A DNA stretch of 64,000 nt, from NCBI GenBank assembly GCA_010909165.1, contig MU008161.1:1240001-1304000 (forward strand). The letters are read 5' to 3'. The position numbers and the translations under genes are program-made. This DNA is from Anthoceros angustus (Eukaryota; Plantae; Anthocerotophyta). The notes beneath the pieces were generated by a model that made no database searches, was not told the DNA's origin, and saw only the letters and a program-made list of their open reading frames with translations. Below are positions 33,400 to 47,000 of this stretch, in pieces; the first letter of the stretch is position 1, and every line of letters begins with the position of its first letter.

Positions 33400-35163
33400 T
33401 GAACATTTTACTGTGTGAAGTTTATTCCAAGTACTTTTTGTGCTTGAGGCATGGGTAAAATTGGATTGTCACCGAAGAAGTTTACATAGGCTGAGTCTTT
33501 GACTACCTCACGAATCAGTGGGCCTCAACATAAAAGCTTGCATGTTTAGCTTATAGCACTAACACCTTGCAAGGGAGGGCTCTCCCTTGCACTTATTCAA
33601 GCATGAGACTCCAAAACTCTAGACTAGTACATAGAAATGCAAGTTGTTTGTAAACATGATTGTTGGGCGAACAAGATTCTATTACTTTTTCGATTTGAAG
33701 AAATATCACGTGCTGAATAACTTTTGTCTGGCTTGTCTTGAATAACTTTTTGAAACAATATTTGTGGGTGACTGCCGAACTTAACTCTGATCTATCCTAA
33801 CAGTCTTAATAACAACACCTTGCTTACAGAAAATGACATATGATATTGTATGTAATTGTAAATCTTTATTCTGTATTTATCATAGATTGATAAATGTCTC
33901 AATGGGTTCTCAATATCTCATCCTCATACTCTCTATGACCTACCTTCAACTTTTGTAAGAAGAAAAAAAGATTTTTTCTTTCTTTACTAACCTCATCCTT
34001 GCTGTAAATATTTCTCACTCTCTCACAAGTGGAATCTATCAAGAGAGCAATTTTTGCAAACTTTTTTGCAAACTAATATTAAGAAGATTCAATAGACCTA
34101 AAATATCACCTAATAAATGAAATGAAATGAAAATAAAGATTTGGTAGTTAGGAACACTTGGACGACACTTTGACCTTGATAAATTGAGATGCTTGACGCT
34201 CCTTTTCTCTCTTTTGCCTAACCCAAAACTCTCATCCTGCCTTGCAAACTTTAGAATAGCAAGTAAGATTCGAACAACCCTATTCATGGCTTGACCTCTA
34301 TATAGCCATCATACATTATGTATGCCGGAAACAGATAACAACTCCGTGTCCAATGCAATTTCTAACTCACGTAAGGCAGCACTCTTCTTACTTGAGTGAT
34401 GGAGGGCAACATGTAGCTTTTGAACAATCTTGTCGGCTATCTCATAGTCACACGCCTTTGATGCAGCCTCTGAAGTTGCGAGCGCCATTTGATGCGCAAC
34501 GCAACATGTTTGCTCAAAGTAAGGATTCAACCCCTTCAAAAACATAATCACATTGTAGTTACTATGTCCGTGTCCTGCTCCAACCATCATAGACGCGCCA
34601 TCACTTGCAAAGCCACTCATTCTCAAGATGTCTAGATTGAAAACTATCAAATGTCCTAATACAACTTCAAAAATGCCATTTGTATGTGCATTAACTATAT
34701 TGGCCAAGTATGGACGGGCTTTCGCTAGCGGACCAGCCGAGCGCACACTAGTCCCCTATCCCGTATTATAGGGTTCGATCCTAAGGGAATAATTCGCTCC
34801 ATTGCTTGCTATTTACCTACTCCGTGCTCCTACCTAACTGGTCACGACGATCCGTGACCCACCACAGTTGTGAGATGGGGGTCCGAGGGCATGACACAAC
34901 GCGAGTCCCGCTTGCACCTTCGAATGTGAGCCTCTAGTCATGCGGCGCCATTTGATGCAACGCAACATGTTTGCTCAAAGTAAGGATTCAACCCCTTCAA
35001 AAACATAATCACATTGTAGTTACTATGTCCGTGTCCTGCTCCAACCATCATAGCATCACTTGCAAAGCCACTCATTCTCAAGATGTCTAGATTGAAAACT
35101 ATCAAATGTCCTAATACAACTTCAAAAATGCCATTTGTATGTGCATTAACTATATTGGCCAAG
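33400..35163 (-). pseudogene. hAT transposase relic (ZNF862/DUF4371-like), C-terminal half
   Basis: SGFASDGASMMVG...LKGLNPYFEQTCCVAHQMALATSEAA, followed by decayed ...FHLLGDILGLLNLLNISLQK. It carries stops and frameshifts. The distal boundary is approximate. Confidence 0.8.
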
Positions 35164-35407
35164 TATGGACGGGCTTTCGCTAGCGGACCAGCCGAGCGCA
35201 CACTAGTCCCCTATCCCGTATTATAGGGTTCGATCCTAAGGGAATAATTCGCTCCATTGCTTGCTATTTACCTACTCCGTGCTCCTACCTAATCTGGGCT
35301 GCTGTCACGACCCGATCCGCCGACCCACCCTGGTTGTGAGATGGGGGGTCCGAGGACTGCGGACACAACGCGAGTCCCGCTTGCACCTTTCGAATGTGAG
35401 CCTCTAG
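34483..35407. repeat. ~460-bp tandem duplication spanning the hAT/LTR junction; possible assembly artefact
   Basis: 34483-34937 is nearly identical to 34946-35407, differing mostly by small indels. Confidence 0.8.
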
Positions 35408-35997
35408 CCGCTGTACGGCGCCATAGGCGTTGCTCAGGGTACCGCCTTGACTTGCACGTCGAGCCGACCGCGGTATGACCCTCCCTCCGCAGCGTCAGCG
35501 TTCAGAGGTTATAAGGATCCAACTATATTACTGCCGGACTCTCTACTTTGTACCTACCTTGCATCTTCTTCCATGTTCCTTAATCACACTACTATGCAAG
35601 CCCGGTATGGCCGAGCGTTTAAGAACTCGCACATGTCCACGTATTCACCCTTGTCCGGGGTCTTCTCTCCCGCTCCGCCCTCGTCACTCTCACGTATACT
35701 TCTATAGCACATCGTGTTGGAGTGGCCCATTGAATGCCGCATTCTCCGCATTCATGGTGCACCCGCCCGGTCAGACACCCACACCGGCCAATCGGCTTCT
35801 CTTGTCCACTCTGGTTCACTTGTCACCACGCCCCACCCTCGAGGCAGAGACTGCGGTTCCTCAGCACCTGCACCCAGTTCTCATGCGTTAGGGGGTTCGT
35901 CACCAGAACCTAGATAAACCTCTCCGGGGAAGTTAGCCCGCTCGGTGACTCGGGACTCGTATTAGCACTTGTCTCGCAGGAGTCGGTGTGCACAACA
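35303..35997 (+). mobile_element. Nest layer 2: LTR (TGTCACGACCC...CAACA) followed by an initiator-Met-type primer site
   Basis: TG...CA ends, then TGGTATCA at 35998-36005, an 8-nt match to the iMet PBS. No second LTR copy was found. GGGTCGTGAC at ~50331 and ~50355 is the inverted complement of the start. Confidence 0.6.
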
Positions 35998-36299
35998 TGG
36001 TATCAACCCCAAAAGGAAATCACATTATGTGGGAGGCAACCCCCCTCTTATACTGCTCCTAAGGCAACGCCTTTATTACAACCCCCAAGACTGGCCCTAC
36101 TGCCAGCTACCTATACACGTGCGAGTGACGCTGGATCCTTACGGCTGGCTACACGCTGCTGTTGACTGACTGATCTCCACATCCGGCCCAATCTCACTGG
36201 CGCCCGAGGCGCCAACTGATTATCCTTGATCCCGATTTGAGGGGCCGCCCCCTCGAACCCGGGCGGGCCTTCCTACCGGAGGTGCGCTAACAATCGTTG

Positions 36300-39200
36300 T
36301 CACCACCAGGTCCTCCCTAGCTCACGACAACCGCACGGAGTTTCGGTGTTGCCTGCACTGGTGGGTCCCCACCCCCCGTCTAGGAAGGGACCGAAGTCCG
36401 TTCGCCTTGGGGCTGTTGGGCCCGTCCTTCGGGCACCAATGGGTTCCCTCTTAACTCCGAAGGCCGGACCTCTAGGTCCGTTCTCGACTCCAGAGGCTAG
36501 ACCTCTGGGTCCGTCCTCGACTCCAGAGGCCATACCTCTGGGTCTGTCCTCGACTCCGGAGGTCGGACCTCTAGGTCCGTCCTCATGCTCTGGGGACGGA
36601 CCTCTACACCCCCCTCCACGGGTCCATCCTCTAGTCCCGGCCCTTCTTCCGCCGGACCGCTCCCTTCTACTCCCCCCAACCCGGGTGCCGAGTCCGGGAA
36701 GCCTACTTCTTGGTCCACCGAGGATTCACCGCCCAGCTGCTGTCCTCCTTCCAAGGGTTCCGCCTCATCTCCGAACAAGGCACCTAGGTTCCCTACTGTC
36801 GCATTCTCCCCCAGTCCTTCCTCTCTCCCGGCTCCCTCCGACCCCTCCAGTGGCCCTATGGCTTTGGCCGACTAGTGCACCATGCTCACGGCCTTCAGGA
36901 GCTCCGCGTGGTAGTAGGCGAAGTTCGAGTCTACCTGTTGGATGGCTTCTTCCACGTGGGCCCACAGGACCCAGTCTCTCGCCTCCACTGGTGCTCAGGT
37001 AGTCGGGCGTGTTCCCCTGCACGTTGGGGCGTCTCCTCTCCTAAGCCTTCCAACCGAGCTTTGGCGGCATCTCCGGAGGCCATTAGGGAAGCCTCGGTGA
37101 GCTCCTTGAGCCGCTGCTTCTCGTTGGCGCTCTCCTTCTCCCGTTCTCCCGAGGCTCCCGGTTGGCTTATCGAGGACGGATCTCTTCCTTGCGTGAGCGG
37201 ACCGGCTTCTCTTCTTCTTGCCTCCACTGGTGGTGGTCCGTCACTTGCTGACTCAGGAGTTCCATCTTCTTCTTGAATCGTTCCGATAGGTTGACCAAAT
37301 GGGTGGTCTCTGCGAGTTCTCTCATAAGCTCGTCAATGTCCAGTAGCTTGCTTTTGCAATGAGTCTCCTCCACTCAAAGACAGAGCTGGAGTCGGTCCAC
37401 CTCTCGCTCGAAGTCCTTGATCCGTCCCTAGAGGAGCCCGTTCCTTTCTTCCACCACATAGAGCCATAGCTCTAGGGTCTCCTTCTCCGCCTCCCTCGCT
37501 GCCGCACCTCCTCGATGCCTTGGAGCTGTGCTTGGAGGTTTGTCAGCTCGCCCAGCCGTTCTTGCATTTCCACCCCATGGGCAGCCCGGACCCGCTCCCA
37601 TGTCGGCTGGTCCCCCTTCAGGCTGGTGATCTCCTGGTCCCGCTCCTTCAACCGGGCCATGGTTGCTCCGGTCACTTCCCTTCAACGGTTCTGGTCTTTG
37701 TGGTAGTGGTCCCTATCCGACCTTGCGTTGGCCTCTGCGTCTCGTACCCCCTTAAGCTGAGCCTCCAGGGCTTGGCGCTCTCCTGGCAGGCGGACTCCCG
37801 CCGGGCTTCTTCACGCGCGCCCAGGCGACCTCCGCTGCTGGCCTTTGCCTTTGCCCAGTGCCTTCTCCATTTCCTGGCTCAAGGCCTCTGTGCGTGCTTG
37901 GGCCTCCTGTGTGTTCAGCCTGCTCGAAGAACTTTGGCATGGTCCCTGGTGGGGACCTCGCTTTCCTCTCCGCCGTCGTGCTTCTCCTCTTGATCTGGCC
38001 AAGCTCTTCGCCTTGCGCCTTGGGCGGCCTCTGCGTCTCGTACCCCTTAATGAGCCTCCGGGGCTTGGCGCTCTCCGAGGCGGACTCCGACGCCCGGGCT
38101 TTCTCGCTGTAGGCGACCTCCGCTCGTGCCTTCTTCGTTGCCCACTGTGCCTTCTCCATTTCCTGGCTCAAGGCCTCTGTGCGTGCTTGGGCCTCCTGCG
38201 CGTGCTTCAGCTGTTCATACAACTGAAGAACTTTGGCATGGTCCTGGCTGGGCGGACCTCGCTTTCCTCTCCGCCGTCCGGTGCTTCTCCTCTTCGATCC
38301 TGGCCAAGCTCTTCGCCTTGCGCCGGGCCGCTTGGGCAGCCTCTGTCTAGCCCTAGAGCTCCATCATACGCCGCTTGGTGGCTTCGACCTCCTGCGTTCA
38401 CTCCGAGGTGCGGCAGAGGCCCCAGATCATGCCATCCGCGACGGCCGCCAGGACGCACCGAGTCTCCTTCACCGCGGTGGCCGGCGAAGCCCCCTCAAAT
38501 CCCGTCCGACTAAGGACTGGACTGCATCGCCGCCGAGCTGGTGGGATCAGCACTCCGGCCACTCAGGGAGTCTTAGGTCCTGCCCATCTGGTGCCGAACC
38601 CCCAACCTCCTTGGCCCGTTACGTGGCCAACTCCTTCTCCGCCCGGCTTGGGGTTGGGGTGGGGGGACAGCCCGGAGCCGGCCTGCCCCTCCTAGTGGGA
38701 GAAAGCACTGCCCGGACAAGGTTGTTGCCAATGCCCTCCGCCTTGGGCACTATCTCGCCACTGGATCGCTGCCGCTTCCTCCGCCCACCTGCACTCACCT
38801 GGCGGGGGCATTGGTGCCAGCCTGATAGTGCACATGCACCGCCTTCTTCTTCTGGCCCTCCATCCCGGGTCCGGCTGTGGTTCGACTGGGGATTGGAGAC
38901 GGCCACTGAGCTACCAAGAGCCACATTCCTCACGCTGGTATACGGGCTCCCAAGTCACCAACAAAAGGGACGCTACGATCTCTTCCCAGATTTCCCTTGG
39001 GGGATAAGGGGTCCTCTCCAAGCGGATGGCATCCAGGATGCCCTCCCAATCTTCCTCCTCCCGGGTGTGCCCCGTCTTGGGCTCCGCTGCCTGTCGGCTG
39101 TTCGCGACCTCCTCCTCCTCGTCTCGCCTCGCAATTAGCAGGGTGGCCAACCCCATGCGAGCGCCCGCTCCTCCTCACCCTCCTTCAGGAGGTTATGGTG

Positions 39201-39822
39201 CCCCCAAACATGCAGGATGAAAGGGGACAACACCGATGGAGGAGGCCACTCGTTGCGCAGTTAACGAGCCTCCTATCCTATACGGGAGAAGATGATTTGC
39301 TCCCAGTCCGCCCTCTTACCCCTCATGAGGGCATGCAGGAATACTAGGAGATTATCCCCCAGGTGGTCCACCTTGGTGAGCATGTTCCAGTGGACTACAA
39401 TTTTAGCCACCGCTCTCACCCATCGGTCCTTCAGGTCCGACATCAGCCACCCATTGAAGAACCTCTGGGCGTCCTACTTCAAAAGGGCGTGAGCTTCCCT
39501 TCCTTGGGGCTCAAACACCACTCCTCAGACCACCTCAGGCTCGGTGGTACCTCGAAGGACCTCGATCGCCTGGGTCCTCCTCGTGCTCTTGAGCAGACGG
39601 TCTTGTTTGTCGCCGCTTCATCTTGCATTTCTCGGACTAGGGCTCGCTATCGCCCGTCAGCCTAGAAGATGTCCAAGTGCCACTCCTGGACGAGCTCGCC
39701 CGCCTCCTCGAGCCACGGACAGAAGTCGGGATAGCGCCTGGTGACGATATTCTTCTCCATCAGCGACCAGGGCTCCAACACCTCCACTGCCTTCTTGGGA
39801 TCCATGCCTTCTCATTGCTTGC
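36300..39822 (-). mobile_element. Frameshifted ORF of the layer-2 element, antisense to the LTR/PBS; plant-transposon-protein-like segment plus coiled-coil repeats
   Basis: Minus-strand fragments include ...NLLVFLHALMRGKRADWEQIIFSRI... and repeated AQEAQARTEALSQEMEKAQ. A 33-bp tandem repeat x4 lies at ~36460-36590. The ORF appears to continue at ~50021-50250 beyond the inner element. Confidence 0.5.
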
Positions 39823-41018
39823 TGTGGGCTACGGACTTCCCTTGGGGGTTAGGAAATAAGTGGGGTTTTGTTTTTTTTTGTAGGTTGGAATAGTAAAATA
39901 AGGCGGAAAAGGAGGAATAAGCACGGATGGCGCTTGGACGGACTGGAGTAAGCAACGGACCACCGGAGTAAGCAACTGGACCCGGACACCACCATGGAAA
40001 CTCCGGACTACACTCCGGAGCAAGTCCGAGAAGCCACCCTTGAGTACGCTGAAGTCCCACCCGAGACAAGGTCGGACCTGGCCGGACTGTGGACTAAGCC
40101 CGGGAGTCGAGACAGACCTCGAGGTCCCTCAGCGGCAAGGAGGAGCCCTCGACTTACGCTGGGGAGCAGATAGCCGTGGCCCCACCGCGAGGGACCTGTG
40201 GGGAGGCTGTGGAGGATGACGTAAGGGCGCTGTCGACCGCCGAGCCCAACCCCGTGATTCCGGAGAGAGAGGGCCCGCCTCACGGATCATCCGATTGGGA
40301 GCGCCACAACCCAGACGGGAGATTGACCACCCATCCCGAGGGAACCTGAATCTTCCCACCACCACCGAAGGAGATAGGGGAGGAAATAGGAGGCGTCGAT
40401 TAGGCATACCGAGCCATCACCGTAATAGGGGTGTAATAAAGACGCCGACCTTGGGCGTAGTATAAGAGGGCCGAGGCCTAGTAAAGTATCTTCTTGGTGT
40501 TGATGCCGCTGCCTGCGCACCCTTGCCTTAAACGCGAGTCCCGAGTCACCGAAAGGTGCACGACTCCGGAGATCGATCAAGGTCCCGTGACGACTTAACG
40601 TGGTGGTGTGTGCGGGGAAGGGCGGGACCCTTGTTCGTCCGAGAGCGGCGGTCCAACGCCGAGCTGACCGAACGTGTGAGCCGGAGGTACTTGAGGGTGT
40701 GCAGGACGGAGAGGCCATGGAGCAACGAGGAGGTCCCGACCGTAGCTACTTCATGCTCTTTTCCAAGGTTGATAAGTGTAGAGAGAGCGATGAGAGGAAC
40801 GGATCAAGAAACGAAAGTGACGAACGAAGCGACGCAAACGGGTCCAACGCCACACCGGCTGCTCGTGAACGTTATAAATAGCCGGGTAAACGAAGATTGA
40901 GTGTGTTAAGGTGAAGTGGACCAAGAAAGGTGAGAATCGCCACGGAAACGCTATCATTGGGAACGGACCATACCACAACGACACGGATTGTGCGCCTACC
41001 GCCCATCAGAAAGTCACA
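39823..41018 (+). repeat. 5' LTR (~1.2 kb) of the layer-3 element; primer site at 41022
   Basis: TGTGGGCTACGG...AAGTCACA, then TGGCGCCGTCGGGA. Confidence 0.88.
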
Positions 41019-44000
41019 TTTTGGCGCCGTCGGGAATGAAATCGCGCAGTGCGTGGATGCGGAGGACGGGAGGTAGTTAAGGACGAATTGCTAAGAGAGC
41101 CGGACGAGATCGCCAGCGCCCGAGCGCAGCACGTGAAAGACGACGAGCTCGAGGCGAGGACACCACCCACGGTAAGTGCGGTGGACTTGCTGATCGTGAG
41201 GAAGAAGTAGCACCACGCCAAAGTGGGGAGCGGTTCCTCAAACTTTGCGGGCGGCGATGGCAACAACGTCGACTCAAGCGACTCTTTGGAGGTAAGAAGG
41301 AGAGACGTCAAAACCTTCGTGGAGGATTTCGTCGCGAGCGAACTTCAATGGGAGGATCGGATGCACACCATCCAAATTGCTCCAAGGGGTCCTTCATGAA
41401 CGGCGGCTGGTACCGGAAGTATCGCCACCCTGCATCGCTCCGCAACCTTCGCGTTGAAGGATGCCTTCTTGAACGATTCCGGAATTGACCAGAAGGCTAC
41501 GCCTTGTCCAAACTCGAGAACCTCAAGCGGGGCAAGTTGGGATCGACATCGAACCCCACGCGCTCGAGATCGACCACCCACACCACCATGCAAAGGTACG
41601 CTGGTTCTGGCTTACCTAAGCCAATGGCTAAACACGTCACCGCTGGCAGAAAGATGTGAGCAAGGCGGTCCCATGGAGAATTAAAGAATCGATGCACCAG
41701 CGGCGAGGCGCCTCTAGGAAGAAGAAGAAGAAGAAAAGCGGGTCGGACTCAAGATGAAGAGTCCTCGGAGGAGGAGGATGATGAGGCGAGGTGGCATCGG
41801 AGGAGGAAGAGGACTCGAGGAAGAATCAGGATGCCATGAAGAAGAAGAACCTCGTCAAGAAATAAGAAGAAAAGCCCGTGAGTGAGCGGAGGGGAAAGAA
41901 GGAGGTTATGATACCGACCGGCGGTAGAGGTTCCACCGACCCAACTCCGTTGAAAGAAGTAGCGGGGCTGAGGGAAGATTTGGAACGGGTGATGAAGAGG
42001 GTGGAGGAGTTGACGATCAACCAAGTGAAGGACAAAGAGCGGCGGAAGGCGGCCACCACGGTTCGAACCCATCTGTGGTGTGCGGTATGCCACCAGCATG
42101 GGCACTCAAAGGCAAATTGCCCCTCCAGACCCGTGAACCAGGTAGAGTACGATTATGGGGAGGAGTCTGAGGAATGGGAGGATGCTTACCAAGTGCAAGA
42201 AGCACCCCCGGGGCCGCGATACCCGAAAACGATGTATCCAGCCGGAGGTCCATCCATACACCGCCCGATGCAACCTCGAATGGGAGGACCAGGAATCCTT
42301 GGTGATGGTCTTGGGCTGGGAACCCGGGCACTCTCAACGTGTCCCATATCCCACCGCATAAGGTAATGGAGATTTTGAACGCCAGTGGGGATTGTGGGCG
42401 TGCACATGGCAAGACTTGTGTCCGAACTCGCTCAAGAACCGCCACGCCTGGGGAGCCTGATCACGACGCCTTCCTAAGGCGCGCTACAAATTGAGGATGC
42501 ACACGGAGGGAAGAGGCCAAGGGACTTGGAACGGAGTGGTAGGGGAGGAGAAGGCGGATCCGAGGTACCGGAAGTGTCAACAAGGAGCGAAGGAGAGGAG
42601 GCAAGAGGAAGAAAAATGAAGACACCCAACGGACACGGAGGACGGACACCGCAAAGGAGGCAACCTGCTAAGGAAGGAGAGTTAAATCGCCTGCCAGAGG
42701 CCGCCCAAGCCTCCGAAACGTTGGGAGAAACGGACCCACCCAAAGCAACACCTCGCCCACCGGATGTGGCGAAGTGGCGAGATGCTTCGTGAAGAGATCC
42801 GACAGATTCAGGAGTGGTCCACCACCGTGGTGTGAAGTGAGCCGGAGGACTCGAGGGCACGCGATGCGTCAAGGAGCCACCCACACCTTTCAAGGTAATG
42901 GAGATTTTGAAGCGGTTGTGTGGGGATTATGGCGGTAGGGCACATGGCGGCGTACCTTGTGTCCGAATCCTCGTTCAGAACGTGCGCTCGCCACTCCGGA
43001 GGCGATGACGCCTCCCTTCCTAAGGGGCGCCCTGCTACAAATTGAGGATGCACGGTGGCGGAGTGGGAAGAGGCGCCAAGGGACTTGGAACGGAGTGTGC
43101 GGCGAGGAGGAGAAGGCGGATGGAAATCTTGGAGTGTCAACGGCCGGAAGGAGCGAAAAGAGGCGGTTAAGAGGAAAAATGAAAAGAGCGGATACGGAGG
43201 CCGGGACACTGCAAAGGCAACTCCGGCTAAGGAAGGAGAGTTAAATCAGGGCAGCTCTGCGGGAGGCCGGGAAGCCTCCGGAACGTTGGGAGAAACGGAC
43301 CCACCCAAAGCAACACCTCGCCCACCGGATGTGGCCCGAGAAGTGGCGAGATGCTTCGTGAAGAGATCCGACAGATTCAGGAGTGGTCCACCACCGTGGT
43401 GTGAAGTGAGCCGGAGGACTCGAGGGCACGCGATGCGTCAAGGAGCCACCCACACCTTTCAAGGTAATGGAGATTTGAAGCGGTTGTGTGGGATTATGGC
43501 GGTAGGGCACATGGCGGCGTACCTTGTGTCCGAATCCTCGTTCAGAACGTGCGCTCGCCACTCCGGAGGCGATGACGCCTCCCTTCCTAAGGGCGCCCTG
43601 CTACAAATTGAGGATGCACGGTGGCGGAGTGGGAAGAGGCGCCAAGGGACTTGGAACGGAGTGTGCGGCGAGGAGGAGAAGGCGGATGGAAATCTTGGAG
43701 TGTCAACGGCCGGAAGGAGCGAAAAGAGGCGGTTAAGAGGAAAAATGAAAAGAGCGGATACGGAGGCCGGGACACTGCAAAGGCAACTCCGGCTAAGGAA
43801 GGAGAGTTAAATCAGGGCAGCTCTGCGGGAGGCCGGGAAGCCTCCGGAACGTTGGGAGAAACGGACCCACCCAAAGCAACACCTCGGTTTCCATGTGGCC
43901 CGAAGTGGCGGAGATGCTTGAGGAAGAGATCCGAGACCGAGTGGTCCGACCACCAGGAGTCTGGAGGCCGGAGGACTCGAGGCGGGCGTCTGGTGAGCCA

Positions 44001-47000
44001 CCACACCTTTCAAGGTAGCCGACACGATGATGGATCAACAACATTTGGTAACAGAGGCGTTGTTAAAAGAGCCAGTATCTGAAGTCGGAGGGCCATCGTG
44101 AGACACAACCACGACGAAACCCCTTGAGTCGAAGGACAAGAATGTGGAGGTAAGGGTAGTGTCTCAGACCGGGCGTGGTTCAGAAATTGCGTGTGTGATC
44201 AAGAACGACTCGATACGGGTCGGAGGAACCTCATCACAAGCCACCGCAAGACGGCTAGTTCATCGCTTTGAGCCATCCACCAAAACCCCTTCTGATGGCG
44301 GATATGTCACGACGCGCCACTGGGGAGTTGTCCGAGTCCAAGCCACCATAGTGGAGCCCCTATACATTGACTCAGTCACCCGCCGACCTCCGCACGAGGT
44401 ACTGCTGGGACGCCCGTGGCTCCTTGCTCGCATAAAGTTACACTGGCAGAAGGAAATCCACTTCAAACCCGTGGATTGGGATCCAAGGTCGAGAGGGAAG
44501 GGTGGCTCTCACTTGGAGTAAGGATATACCTGGGGAAACCGTGAGCACCACGGAGGTACACCGCCTGTGATAGTACGATGATGGATCAACAACATTTGGT
44601 AACCAGTTGTTAAAAACCAGTATCGGGGAAGTCCGGAGGGCCATCGAGACACAACCCACGAAACCCCTTGAGTCGAAGGACAAGAATGTGGAGGTAAGGG
44701 TGGTGTCTCATACGGACCGGGCGCCGATGGTGGTTCGTAGAAATTGGGGTGTGTGATCAGAACGTACTGGATACGGGGTCGGAGTGAACCTCATCACGGA
44801 AGCCACGACGGTTGGGGTTCACGCTTGAGCCATCCACCAAAACCCCTTCGGATGGCGGATATGTCAAGCGGTAGGGAGGTCCGAGTCAAGCCACCATAGC
44901 GGAGCCCCTATACATTGGACTTGTGATCATCGGACCGCCGGACCTAGGGTGAGTCTGTTGGGACGTCCGTGGCTCGGCTTGCTCGGACAACACTTGGAGG
45001 AAGGAAATCCACTTCAAACCCGTGGATTGGGATCCAAGGTCGAGAGGGAAGGGTGGCTCTCACTTGGAGTAAGGATACATGTGGGAAGCTGTGAGCACTC
45101 AGAGGGTACACCTCCCCGGATGTACGGATGATGAAAGGGAAGACATACGGCGCCCTTTCCCCAAAATCACATGGTCGAGGAGGAGATGGATTCTGAGGAT
45201 GCCTTTGGAGCGAGGTGGACGAGGAGGTCGCCGATTGCTTCCGGGTGTAACAAGAGACGGGGCAAGTGAAGAAGAGGGTCCAAAGAAAGATGAAGAGGTG
45301 GGGACCGGGAAGTAACCCGCTCACCCTGAACTCTTCAGAATGGGGATGCGAGAGGACGATCCCGAGTGGAGGGGTTTGGACGCAGCGAGGCAAAGACGAG
45401 AACGGGAGACGGAACCCGACGACGGAAGAAGTGGAGGTCCGGCCAGCAAATTCGAAGTTTAAAAAGGCATGCCTCGGACTGAAGGAAGGACTAAAGCACT
45501 GGGGAGTTTTATGAGGTGTTCGCCTTCAAGGTCACGGACATGAAGGGCATTCAAGAAGTGGGAGAGCATAAGATCGATTTGCCGTGAGCGTGCCACCCAA
45601 TCCGACAATACAAGCTCAACCCCAAGTATTCGATCAAGGTGAAGGAGGTCCTTGATAAGTACCGGAGGCGACATCATTTTCCCCATCACGCCGTGGGTTG
45701 CGCCGATTGTGGTGGTCCCAAGAAATGTACCAGACAAATTGTCAAGATTGAGGAAGCTCAAGAACGGAGAAGGACCACTTCCGATGCCATTCAGACGACA
45801 TTTTGGACAAGGTCGGACGGACTACTTACTCCTTCCGGATGGCTACTCCGGACAACCAATTGCACCTAAGGGAGTTTGACCGACAAGACGACCTTCACTA
45901 CGAGAGTACGCTTGCCTACAAGAGAAGTGCCTTTGGGATGACCGAGCGCTGTGGTCGCTGCTCATGGTGACCAACGCCTTCCGTGACTCGAGGGACTTCA
46001 TGGAGATATTCTCGGATGATTTTGTGTGCATGGGGAGCAGACAAACACCTTGGACATCTAAGAAAGTGCTTGAGCGCCGCCGAGACTCAATTGAGCCTAC
46101 ACCGAGAAATGCTACTTTGGAATGACGGAGGGAATCTTCTTTGGGACATCGGGTGTCGGCGGGGAATCGAGGTGGACCAGACAAGGTCCGGTCATCCCCT
46201 CCACCAACCTAAAGGAGCCGAGAGGTTTCGAATGGTGGGATACTACCGGTTTATTAAGGACTTTGCAAGAGGGCTTAAGTTGATAATCCATCAAGGAGGA
46301 GGATTGGACCGGTCTCGGAGAGAGGAGGCCTTCCGGATTTACGTAACACCTTGGTAAGCGCCTTCGAGAGGACCGGATCGAGCAAGAAATTTCATGTACG
46401 TAGATGTGTCCGCTTTTGCTATCGAGTAGTCCGAGCCGTAAGGACGACAAGCCGGGATTATCCCGATACTACGCGGACGATACCACCCACGCTGAACGAA
46501 AATACACAACTACAGAAGGCCAAGCACCGGGTATGGTATATGTCAAGAAATTCACACACTACCTACCCAAAGGAGTTTGTGTTCTATGTAGACCACTCAA
46601 GCATCCGGTGAATAAGGCGGACCCGTCCGGACGGATAGCAAGGTGGATATTGTTGCTGCAGGAGTTCACGCTCAAGTGGAAACAAGACAAGGGAGGCAAG
46701 AAATGCATTTCCACGATTGAAAACAGCAGTGTTGAGAGATCGGGAAGATGCGTTCCGGATGAGACATTGGTTGCCGCAGAAAGTACAACCGAGGAGCCAC
46801 CGATCAACCCCAAGCTACGAGAACTGCAGCCTTAGCGTTGAGAAGGGAGGGTCCGCTACCGTCCGACCCACGAAGAAATGGAGCGGTACTGGGAATGGAG
46901 CTCCCAAAATCACTGTGGATGTGAGGGAGGCATTCGGCACTATGCTCGACCCTTCGTAATGTACAACGGTGTGTGTTCAAATTAGGGCCGACGAGTAGAC

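Noticed and set aside
35227-35236. B-box-like GGTTCGATCC suggesting a tRNA or SINE (copy at ~34773)
   Set aside because: There is no convincing A-box or cloverleaf, and it lies inside an insertion with LTR-type ends and a 5-bp TSD.
40432-41018. Shorter LTR starting at TGTAATAAAG
   Set aside because: Homology between the two ends extends upstream to TGTGGGCTAC, which has the PPT and the matching CTTGC TSD.
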